From Promethearchaeota archaeon (GTDB lineage Archaea; Asgardarchaeota; Hermodarchaeia; Hermodarchaeales; Hermodarchaeaceae), in assembly GCA_048938385.1 (NCBI GenBank), contig JBHLMG010000028.1, positions 6,682 to 26,673 on the forward strand: a stretch of DNA of 19,992 bases, in the 5' to 3' direction. The notes below the pieces were generated by a model. That model had not been told where the DNA came from. It was given only the letters and a program-made list of their open reading frames with translations, and did not search any database. Below, in pieces: positions 7,823-15,737 of the stretch. A program made the position numbers and the translations under genes. The stretch's first letter is position 1. The number at the start of each line of letters is the position of its first letter.

Positions 7823-8040
7823 CCCATATCACCCCACAATGATCCTTCTTACGGCCTATTCATAGAGCCTCCAAACTTTTTTCTCGGGATGTGTTGCGTT
7901 ATTTCTCTTTAGAGATTCGTTGTTTTGATGGAACCTAATTTCACATCCTCAGCATACATTAGAAGGGAATTATGAAACAAAAAGACTCTGAAAAAAATCA
8001 TTTCAAATGTTTGACAAACAAATTTATCTTTAGATGACCG

Positions 8041-8259
8041 CTAGACAAACTGCTCAGTTGCTTGAAGTATTCGGAAGGGAAATAGCAGGGCTTTAATTGC
8101 AATTTCAAGGTCATCAACTAGGTATTCATAAGACTGACCGGTTTCAGGTTTATAGTGTCTTCCAGCCTTCCAAGCACAAAATGATCATTCCAAGCAGAAC
8201 AGTTGATAGTTGGCATATCTACCATTTTCCATTGAGGGAATTTGCAAAGCTTTCAGCAT
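8041..8259 (-). other. Candidate 72-codon ORF with one in-frame TGA inside C-L-E-(TGA)-S-F-C: possible selenoprotein, pseudogene or chance
   Basis: Manual translation MLKALQIPSMENGRYANYQLFCLE*SFCAWKAGRHYKPETGQSYEYLVDDLEIAIKALLFPFRILQATEQFV*. ATG abuts the CDF stop (TAAATG); TGA at 8185-8187. Confidence 0.2.
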
Positions 8260-9564
8260 TTAAACATCAGTTATCGGGTCATCATCAGTGATGTTTTTTG
8301 CCTCGTCATCTTTGGGCGTGGCGATTAAGTGGGGTAGTTGTTCATCTAAGAAGGCGCTAACATTGTCTAAACAGGTTTGTTCCAAGTTGAGGCAATGAAT
8401 GTCCACTAGGGCGTTTCTTAGAATACGAAACGGGGTTTCTCCTATCTCTCCTGCTAGAAGGGCGTTGACATTGATATCTAAAAGCGCTTTTGCTGAATTT
8501 GTGCCATATTGTTCTTTTTGTGACGGCCCTGGGTTTTTCATGGTTCTCCAATGAAAAAGTTCACTATTCTTAACATCCATAATCAGGAAGTAAGGCGATG
8601 CCTCAAAGGATGAGTTAGGTAGAGATTCGGGAGTTGAACCGGCCTTATCTACAGGGATTGCTATCCGAAATGATTCAAGCCTAGTAGGTTCAAGATGAAC
8701 AAGGAATGTCAGCATTTCAGGGTAGGTAGCAGCGACTCTCATTTCAATTTCATCCGAAACCCGATGAGCTTGTGATAAGGTTAAATCCGCAGAAACCTCT
8801 AAATGGGCTTCACCAAAGCAAATGGGTCCTGCCTGACGGATTTTTATGTCATGAACGCCTTGCACACCTCTAACTTGGGAAGCTAATTTCGTAATTTCTT
8901 TCACTTGATCAGGCTTTGTCACCGCATCCATCAAGATCAATAAGGAACTGTACGAAATTTCCAAGCTACTCTTTAAAATAACCAGACCTATGATAAAGCC
9001 AACTACGGCCTCAGCCCACCAAATACCTACTCCTTCAAAAAGTAAGCCGACAAGAACAACTAATGAAGCGTACAAATCCATTCTGTAATCCTGACCAATA
9101 CTGTAAACCGCTTCACTCCCCGTTTCTCGTCCAATTTTTTTCAAATACCAAGACTGTACAATAATTATGGGAATCGAAACCAAAGCCACTATTAGGGCTG
9201 CATCATAAAACGCAATTTCTATGGGTAATAGAATGTGCATTATTGCCTGCCAGAGAACTAGTAGTCCTGTTCCAAAGATGAAGATTGCAACAACTAATGC
9301 CGCCATTGTCTCAGCCTTGAAGTACCCATAGGGATACTTCTGACTAGGTGGGCGTTGAGCTAGCCACAACCCGAGGTACACAGTTGATCCAGCGATTAAA
9401 TCGGTAAAGGAATCGATAGCTTGAGCAAAAAGCCCTACACTACCTGAAAAGTATCCTACAATACCCTTTGAGAGGGCAAGGAAAATCACAACAACCATTG
9501 CCCATTTGATGACTCGACGACCCCGATCCAATTGGTGATCAATAACCCCTATCGGTTTACTCAT
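8260..9564 (-). CDS. Cation diffusion facilitator (FieF-like) with C-terminal NifB/NifX-type domain
   Basis: SGSVGLFAQAIDSFTD, YPYGYFKAE, DYRMD, dimerisation domain VHDIKIRQAG…AHRVSDEIE…VHLEP, then RIAIPV…PYFLI…KNP…G…GEIG (NifX-like). Confidence 0.9.
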   Translation of the reverse strand: MSKPIGVIDHQLDRGRRVIKWAMVVVIFLALSKGIVGYFSGSVGLFAQAIDSFTDLIAGSTVYLGLWLAQRPPSQKYPYGYFKAETMAALVVAIFIFGTGLLVLWQAIMHILLPIEIAFYDAALIVALVSIPIIIVQSWYLKKIGRETGSEAVYSIGQDYRMDLYASLVVLVGLLFEGVGIWWAEAVVGFIIGLVILKSSLEISYSSLLILMDAVTKPDQVKEITKLASQVRGVQGVHDIKIRQAGPICFGEAHLEVSADLTLSQAHRVSDEIEMRVAATYPEMLTFLVHLEPTRLESFRIAIPVDKAGSTPESLPNSSFEASPYFLIMDVKNSELFHWRTMKNPGPSQKEQYGTNSAKALLDINVNALLAGEIGETPFRILRNALVDIHCLNLEQTCLDNVSAFLDEQLPHLIATPKDDEAKNITDDDPITDV

Positions 9565-9929
9565 AATATTCCACTGGTTTCCAAATTTCTTGATCCTGAT
9601 GAAAATGTGTTGGTGAGTGACCGATTATTGCATATTAAAAAGCAATTACTAATATTCCAAAAAACAACTAAAAGCTCATAACTTTAACTTTTGCTTTGCC
9701 GTTAAAGTCGAGTAAAAAAAATTTCGAGGCGTTGTCCGTTGCGCAAGGCGCGTGTCGAAGACATGCATGTATTTTGCAACAAATGGTTGAAAGGAAGATT
9801 TGCATCAAATCAAAAGATGGCAAAAAAGGTGGAAAGGCTTGCGTTGATTTCGAATTAAAAGAGATGTTATCCAGCAGCTTTAACGAGAAAGGTATTTCGG
9901 CTTGTTCAGGGATATAGAAGAGGGGAGGT

Positions 9930-10904
9930 TTGAATTTGGGTTTCTGGTTAAATACGCTTACGCGTAAAATGAGGATGCCGTATCCGGTCTTTTTTGGATT
10001 AGTTGCATTGGTATCGTATCTATTGGGGGTTTCGGTTATGATTGGTACAGATAATCTGGCGCGCTTCTTGACTCAGCTAAACTGGGTGTTTCTTGCTGTG
10101 ATCGGGGCGTTTTCAGGGATGTTTGTTGTATTCATATATCGGAAGTTTTTGGATTCGCTCGATGATGTTAAACCGCTGGTAGGTTCTGAGAAAGAGTTTG
10201 AAGAGTTGAAAAGCCAGGCAATGCAACGTCTCTCGCATTGGTTGCAGTGGGTTCCTGTGCTGTTTTGGATTGTTGTGAATTTAGTGATTTTTCTTGAGCC
10301 AACTACAATCATTTGGGAGTTTTATGGTTCGTATAATCAAGTTCTACTAGTAGCGATTTATTATCAGGTAGCGGCATTACCGGCGAATATTTTCGGAGGA
10401 ATTTTCATGTATATGGTCCCATTCGGAGTGACGGTTGCATATCGGGATATCTGTACTAAAACTGAATTTAGCCGAGATCGATTGCTCTCAGAATGGATGG
10501 CGCCATTTGGTGGGTTTAGAAACTTAATCACTTTAGCCCTATTGATCACAGGCATCTATTCGATTATGGTCTTGTTGACTTATACTGACGCACCCTCTAT
10601 CTTTCCTTATAGTTCAATATTGATAATGATCATCCCAACACTGGTGTTACCTCACTATTATTTTCACCATCTTTTTTCACATGCCCGAAGCGCTCAACTC
10701 GACGATGTTCGCCAAGAACTGTTAAAGATTCCAATCGAGGAAGACCAAGATTCGTCTCGTCGGATTCTCTTGCTGTTAGAAGAGGCGCGAATAGAAAGGA
10801 AAAGGACATGGTTAATCGATATTGTTACAGCCGTAGAGATCCTAGTAGTAGCGCTAATGCATGTTCTCCTCGTAGAAATCCTCACACTAGTCTTTCACAT
10901 TTAA
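9930..10904 (+). CDS. Hypothetical polytopic membrane protein
   Basis: 324 aa with about 7 hydrophobic segments separated by charged helical loops; purine-rich GAGGGGAGG before the TTG start. Confidence 0.8.
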   Translation: MNLGFWLNTLTRKMRMPYPVFFGLVALVSYLLGVSVMIGTDNLARFLTQLNWVFLAVIGAFSGMFVVFIYRKFLDSLDDVKPLVGSEKEFEELKSQAMQRLSHWLQWVPVLFWIVVNLVIFLEPTTIIWEFYGSYNQVLLVAIYYQVAALPANIFGGIFMYMVPFGVTVAYRDICTKTEFSRDRLLSEWMAPFGGFRNLITLALLITGIYSIMVLLTYTDAPSIFPYSSILIMIIPTLVLPHYYFHHLFSHARSAQLDDVRQELLKIPIEEDQDSSRRILLLLEEARIERKRTWLIDIVTAVEILVVALMHVLLVEILTLVFHI

Positions 10905-11054
10905 GACCCAATTTAAACCTGACAAGAATACTCGAATTCCTAGATTGTGGTGTTAGACTAGAGCCTGTTAGTTTTCGAGCCCTTATACGCTACTTTTCAA
11001 GAGTTGCGAAGAACTGCATTTTTTACCATCTCAAAAAAACACCAATAGCATCTA

Positions 11055-12335
11055 TCACACAGGTGGCGCAAGCAGGAAGATAAAGAATGAGCAAAAGACA
11101 ACTTGGATGATGCTCACGAGAATCCCGATGATGAAAAACGCGCGTATGGATATCTCGGAATTCTTGAAAGTGGTCATTGAAATGATTAACAGAGGTATGG
11201 TTCCAAGGGGGCTTGCTGTTCCGCCCAAAGCAGCCCCAAATCCGATCGCCCAGAAAAGGGGGTCCCGTAATCCTATGGACCAGCCCATGGCTGTAGCCAT
11301 TTTCACTGCTAAGGGAGCGAAGGTGGTAGCTATGGGAGATCCACCAATGATTGATGCGCCCAGCCATGTTACCCATAACATCATCAAAGATGCGGGTATT
11401 AGAAGTCCGCCACTGGCTTGTAAGATTCCTTCCGAGACGACTAAGAGAATGCCAACATACTCTAGGGCCCCAGAGAGAACGAAGAGCCCACCGATGTAAA
11501 AGATGATGTCCCATTCGACATCGCGGAGACTCGTCCGTGGATCAGCTTGACTGGCAATCATGAAAAGTGTCATACCCGCAATTGCTACTACATATGCTTG
11601 TGGAAAGAGTGCAAACCCCACGAGGAGAACGATAAAGAGACTGGTATATACCCAGAATAATCGACGACTCGGCACCATCATCCAGGGATCAAAATCCATT
11701 ACCTGCTCAAAGGCCTCTTTGTTGACTAATACCAATTTATTCCGAATTACAAAAAATACCACAACCAATGTCACAGTCAGCACAATGATAGATAGACTCC
11801 AAAAATGTAGGATGTAGTAGACGAAATCAAAGCCTGCGTAATTGGCAACAATAACATTTGATGCCGTGCCAATTAGAGTAAAAGCGCCACCTGCACCTAC
11901 GGCTAGCATCTCGCCCAGTAAAAACACATGAGGCTTGAGTTTGAGTGCCTGACACACTAATATCGTCAAATACCCTACTATCAAAATTACCACAGTATTC
12001 GAGAGAACCGTCGACAAGCCCGCAGTAAGCAAGCAAAAAAGGACGAAGAGTTTTTTCGGATTACCTCGAGTTAGTCGAATGAAATGGATGGCAAGAAACT
12101 GAAATACTCCTGCACCCCGAATCACTTCAGCTACGATGGTCATCGCCGTAATAACAAGAATTGGCTCTAAGCGCACCATTGTTAAAATCTCTGAGCCTGG
12201 TACTCCATTTGTGATGAGGGCAATCGATACTAGCACTGCACCAATCAACGCTGCCATCGTGTGATGCACCCTACGCGTTACAATTAGTAACACCGTCAAC
12301 AGGAAAATTAGTAAAACCAGCAGCCAAAGCTCCAA
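11055..12335 (-). CDS. ArsB/NhaD/CitMHS (ion transporter superfamily) permease
   Basis: 426 aa, about 11-12 hydrophobic segments; GGAFTLIGTASNVIVA, VEWDIIFYIGGLFVL and GAALGGTASPLG. Confidence 0.85.
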   Translation of the reverse strand: MELWLLVLLIFLLTVLLIVTRRVHHTMAALIGAVLVSIALITNGVPGSEILTMVRLEPILVITAMTIVAEVIRGAGVFQFLAIHFIRLTRGNPKKLFVLFCLLTAGLSTVLSNTVVILIVGYLTILVCQALKLKPHVFLLGEMLAVGAGGAFTLIGTASNVIVANYAGFDFVYYILHFWSLSIIVLTVTLVVVFFVIRNKLVLVNKEAFEQVMDFDPWMMVPSRRLFWVYTSLFIVLLVGFALFPQAYVVAIAGMTLFMIASQADPRTSLRDVEWDIIFYIGGLFVLSGALEYVGILLVVSEGILQASGGLLIPASLMMLWVTWLGASIIGGSPIATTFAPLAVKMATAMGWSIGLRDPLFWAIGFGAALGGTASPLGTIPLLIISMTTFKNSEISIRAFFIIGILVSIIQVVFCSFFIFLLAPPV

Positions 12336-12338
12336 CTT

Positions 12339-12349
12339 GGATCACCTCC
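12339..12349 (-). promoter_or_regulatory. Strong Shine-Dalgarno GGAGGTGATCC
   Basis: 11-nt complement of the conserved 16S 3' end (GGAUCACCUCC), 3 nt before TTG 12335. Confidence 0.8.
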
Positions 12350-12627
12350 ATCCAACCACACATAGTGTAGGAACATGTTTTGTTTTTAATGCATCATGCT
12401 TGCGTTCAGACAGGATATAAGTTAACGGTAGGCCGGCTCTTTTTTTCGGTGGCGTAGATGCTATTTTCGGGGGCATCGAAGGCTCTATTTGTTATTTTTA
12501 ATCCAAAGGTTTTTTCGTTGGATTTGAGTATCGTTATTAGTAGGAACAAATGACGGTGGAGCCAATCTGTATCAGGATGAGAGGGTTGTCCGTCAGTCAT
12601 TTTAGATTGAAGCCCAGAGGTGAATAA

Positions 12628-12810
12628 ATGGCTAAAGAAGTTAAGTGTCCTAAATGTGGCGAAAGACGAAAGATTCGCCTTATGTTGTTGGATACGCCTG
12701 AGAACCGAAAAAGGGAAGATAAAGACCCGGAAGGCATTCTCCTCGTGGCATCAAAGGCATTTGATGGCAAAATGGAATGCTTGAAGTGTAGGCACTTATG
12801 GCCTGCGTAG
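12628..12810 (+). CDS. Small Zn-ribbon protein (CPKC…CLKC-x3-W)
   Basis: 60 aa, two CxxC pairs, GAGGTGA 4 nt before ATG. Confidence 0.8.
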   Translation: MAKEVKCPKCGERRKIRLMLLDTPENRKREDKDPEGILLVASKAFDGKMECLKCRHLWPA

Positions 12811-12881
12811 TTGTTGGTTGTTTTTCAGGTCAATACTAAAGGGCGTGGATGGTAAACGCGTTTTACTTTGAAATAAAAGAT

Positions 12882-13583
12882 CTAGTCTTTCATTAGTTTT
12901 GAATGGCAAGTGTCATTACATACTTCTTCAGGATTCAGTGAAACTACGCTTATTGCTATGGCTATCGGTTGTCTGAGTGGCTCCTTCCAATTGCGCTTCA
13001 CTTGAGAAAGATGTGTCCTTAGATCCGTTATGAATTCTTTGAGTCTGGTGTCTAAATCATCAAATTGTCCTTCTTCAGCTACATGAAACCCAATTATTTT
13101 GGTGACCTTTGGACACATTTCCCGATCCCCGGTTTGTGACATGTGCCTCATGGAGAGCATGAGTCGCGTGGTGAGTTGGTTGAGGAGGAGGGGAAGCGTT
13201 TCCCAGGCTTGCAACCAACGGGTTACGAGTTGTGATTCGTTCTTTTCTTGGGCGTATTTGACTAATCCCTCCGAGGTGGCTTGTTTCAGTAGTTCTCCAA
13301 GGCTTTGGTGGATGTAATAGTGTGTGCGATATCTTCGATCAGTGACGGTGAGGTCTTCCTCTTTTGTGAGTAGCCCGATCTTTGTCATCAGGGCTAGATT
13401 TCTGAAAACGCTTGCGTGGGCAAGTTCGGTCTTTTCTTTGAGTTCTGAGGGGGTTGTTTTGCCAAATAGTTGTAGGTAGGAATAGATGAGAAGTGAGGAG
13501 TCCTGACTGATGACTTGGGTGATGTCTTGGATTCTAGCAAGTTGGGTATCAGAGGTTGTAGTCGAGGGGTGATTGTGATGAAT
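12882..13583 (-). CDS. Winged-HTH transcriptional regulator (ArsR/TrmB-like N-terminus), probable ATT start
   Basis: The frame stays open 5' of ATG 13388 up to a TGA at 13590-13592 and encodes LLIYSYLQLFGKTTPSELKEKTELAHASVFRNLALMTKIGLL (wHTH). No in-frame ATG/GTG/TTG lies upstream of 13388; GAGGTGA sits 6 nt before ATT 13583. 233 aa. Confidence 0.8.
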   Translation of the reverse strand: MHHNHPSTTTSDTQLARIQDITQVISQDSSLLIYSYLQLFGKTTPSELKEKTELAHASVFRNLALMTKIGLLTKEEDLTVTDRRYRTHYYIHQSLGELLKQATSEGLVKYAQEKNESQLVTRWLQAWETLPLLLNQLTTRLMLSMRHMSQTGDREMCPKVTKIIGFHVAEEGQFDDLDTRLKEFITDLRTHLSQVKRNWKEPLRQPIAIAISVVSLNPEEVCNDTCHSKLMKD

Positions 13584-13740
13584 TGGGGGTCACCTCTTTA
13601 GAGTTAGTTAGCGATTGGAGCATTTTGATTGGCTAGTCCTTGATTGGAGAGCCCATAGGGAATATGTAGTATATCCGTCGGATAATATATCTTGTGTGAT
13701 ACAGGTTTACGCGTCGAAAGTCGATAATGATTGTGCTTTT

Positions 13741-14601
13741 TCAACGGACCATTGCTAATCGGCGATTTGGGTAGTCTATGATTAGCGTATAATTCTTCAA
13801 GAAGGGGTATCCGAGAATGCCATAATCGATTTTATCACCTTTTGGAGAAACTACATTGAGATCGATGACGCCAACGGCAACATTTTCCTGTGTGGCTGTG
13901 CCAACAGCGAGTTTCTCCAAGGTTGCAGCGAATCCGGTGGCTACCCCAATGGGACCAGTACACACGCCTTGAGAGCATCCTTGGGCTTGTACGGCTTGTT
14001 GCTCTTCACTGCTTTGTGATGGGTTTTCAGTGATTCCTAGCTCAGTGGCAAGTGTAGGAGTGATTACCGTTCCTGAAGATCCAGTGTCAAGAATCAGTTC
14101 AAAGGGTCCCTGGGTATTAATGTAAACGGGAACTCTCATTAAATGTGTGTCTTGGACATACTGGAAAGGAATCCATTCAACACCATCCTTGGCCATAATT
14201 TTAGAACCCGGTTGTTTATCGAGTTGGACTGTCGAGGCACGATAATCGATCTGGACGATGTAGTCTTTCAAAATATCCTGGCCAAGGACTCCTGGAGTTA
14301 AGCACCCAGCGCCCATGGCAGGACCAAGATCGATTACGACGACCTCCTTGTTGAGAAAAGTCTCAGTTCCTAACTGGAGGCTTTCCACCATAGCAGATTT
14401 AACAGGAATTGGGGTTCCTCCCACACCCGAAGCTTTGGCTTTGGCACCCTGATATGTTTCTATGCCTAGTTGATCTGCGAGCACCTTTGAGATCACCGTC
14501 ATTCCCGCTCCGGTATCTAGAGTAAAGTCGAAGGGTCCCTTCTCGTTTATATACACAGGGAGGTGAATGTGGCCAGATTCTTTGGCGATTTTCATTTTCA
14601 T
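13741..14601 (-). CDS. Tandem two-domain retropepsin-like aspartyl protease
   Basis: PVYINEKGPFDFTLDTGA…GVLG and PVYINTQGPFELILDTGS…GILG; no signal peptide evident. Confidence 0.9.
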   Translation of the reverse strand: MKMKIAKESGHIHLPVYINEKGPFDFTLDTGAGMTVISKVLADQLGIETYQGAKAKASGVGGTPIPVKSAMVESLQLGTETFLNKEVVVIDLGPAMGAGCLTPGVLGQDILKDYIVQIDYRASTVQLDKQPGSKIMAKDGVEWIPFQYVQDTHLMRVPVYINTQGPFELILDTGSSGTVITPTLATELGITENPSQSSEEQQAVQAQGCSQGVCTGPIGVATGFAATLEKLAVGTATQENVAVGVIDLNVVSPKGDKIDYGILGYPFLKNYTLIIDYPNRRLAMVR

Positions 14602-14647
14602 TTTTCTTCATCTGCATTAGATTGGTTGCGTTTCTTTAGCCATACTA

Positions 14648-14687
14648 TATCATAGATGATACAAGTTAATCTGTCTCATCAATGATA
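14648..14687. promoter_or_regulatory. Two operator-like palindromes (TATCAT-N2-ATGATA) beside the protease TATA-like element
   Basis: TATCATagATGATA at 14648-14661 (perfect) and TCTCATcaATGATA at 14674-14687 (1 mismatch), adjacent to an AT-only run at 14685-14695. Confidence 0.5.
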
Positions 14688-14807
14688 TATATTAAGGTTC
14701 CGAATCGATAAAAGAAGCAGGTCTGTGAGAGGGGACGCGTTTTGGAGCAAGGGTGCATTCATGTCGATTCAATAACTGTTTTTTGCTTAGCATCGTTAGT
14801 GTAGAGC

Positions 14808-15572
14808 ATGAGCGCATACCCTACAGTAGAACACGAAATAGCGGCCAAGAAAATCGTAGAGCTTTGTAGTCGAGACCGGCAAGTTATGAGCATTCTGTTG
14901 ATTGGTTCGTGTGCTCGAGGGAAGGCATCTAAGGATTCGTGTTTGGATGTTGTTCTGTTAGTATCAGAGAAAACAGAAATTAGCCGAGTTCGTGAACATT
15001 TTGAACGGTTATTTCAGCGAATACCGGAGATCGTTCAACTTCGAGAAGCTGGAAAATATTCGCAGGTTGATTTGATTGTGTCGGATGGTAAAATTGAGGC
15101 TCAAGAACGGGATTGGACATCAGGCCCTGATGAATTTGAGTTGGAGATCGGAAATTTCTTTGTGTATTCAGATGTGTTGTTTGACCGAGAGAAATACTTT
15201 GACACGATGAAACAACCCTACCTTCCCTTTTATGCAGAAACCCTGCGAGAGCAGCGGTTAGCCCAGGTGAAGATGTATATGTACAATAACCTCGACCACA
15301 TTCCGTTGTATGTGCAACGAGGGTTGTTCTTTAACAGCTTCAGTCGATTGTATAATGCCTCGAAGGAATTTCTACAAGCCTTATTCATTTCTAAGAAGGT
15401 GTACCCAATCTCTTATGATAAGTGGATTAAAGAACAATTGGTCGAAGTTTTGAAAGAACCTAAGCTCTATCGAGAATTTGTTAAGTTGTCAGAAATTAAG
15501 AATTTAGAAAGTGAAGAATTGATTCAGAAAGCCGACCAATTAAGAACACTTGCTCAACAGCATCTTGACTGA
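14808..15572 (+). CDS. Pol-beta superfamily nucleotidyltransferase domain protein with helical C-terminal domain
   Basis: LLIGSCARGKASKDSCLDVVLLV (GS motif, with CxD in place of DxD) and a later VDL strand; 254 aa. Confidence 0.8.
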   Translation: MSAYPTVEHEIAAKKIVELCSRDRQVMSILLIGSCARGKASKDSCLDVVLLVSEKTEISRVREHFERLFQRIPEIVQLREAGKYSQVDLIVSDGKIEAQERDWTSGPDEFELEIGNFFVYSDVLFDREKYFDTMKQPYLPFYAETLREQRLAQVKMYMYNNLDHIPLYVQRGLFFNSFSRLYNASKEFLQALFISKKVYPISYDKWIKEQLVEVLKEPKLYREFVKLSEIKNLESEELIQKADQLRTLAQQHLD

Positions 15573-15737
15573 TAAACCCAGAATTGATGAGGGCAGTGTG
15601 TTTTCAATGGATTTAACGCCAGCCCAGCAGGTTTCGAAGACATCTGTGCAACTCCGATCAAATGGGTTGAAAGATAATTTGTTTCTCATAATAGGATTAT
15701 ATTATCCACAAATGTTATTGACCAAATTTGGTGTGAT

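Noticed and set aside
7860-8040. SECIS element downstream of the TGA-containing ORF
   Set aside because: An AUGA is present on the minus strand, but I could not find a complementary stem with the paired GA.
9696-9917. 73-aa ORF with five Cys
   Set aside because: TTG start without RBS, no motif spacing, and it lies in a divergent promoter region; unsupported.
12406-12600. 64-aa minus-strand ORF
   Set aside because: No RBS or recognisable features; overlaps the presumed divergent promoters.
12882-13388. 168-aa ORF as the complete regulator
   Set aside because: It starts inside the wHTH; the coding frame clearly extends upstream.
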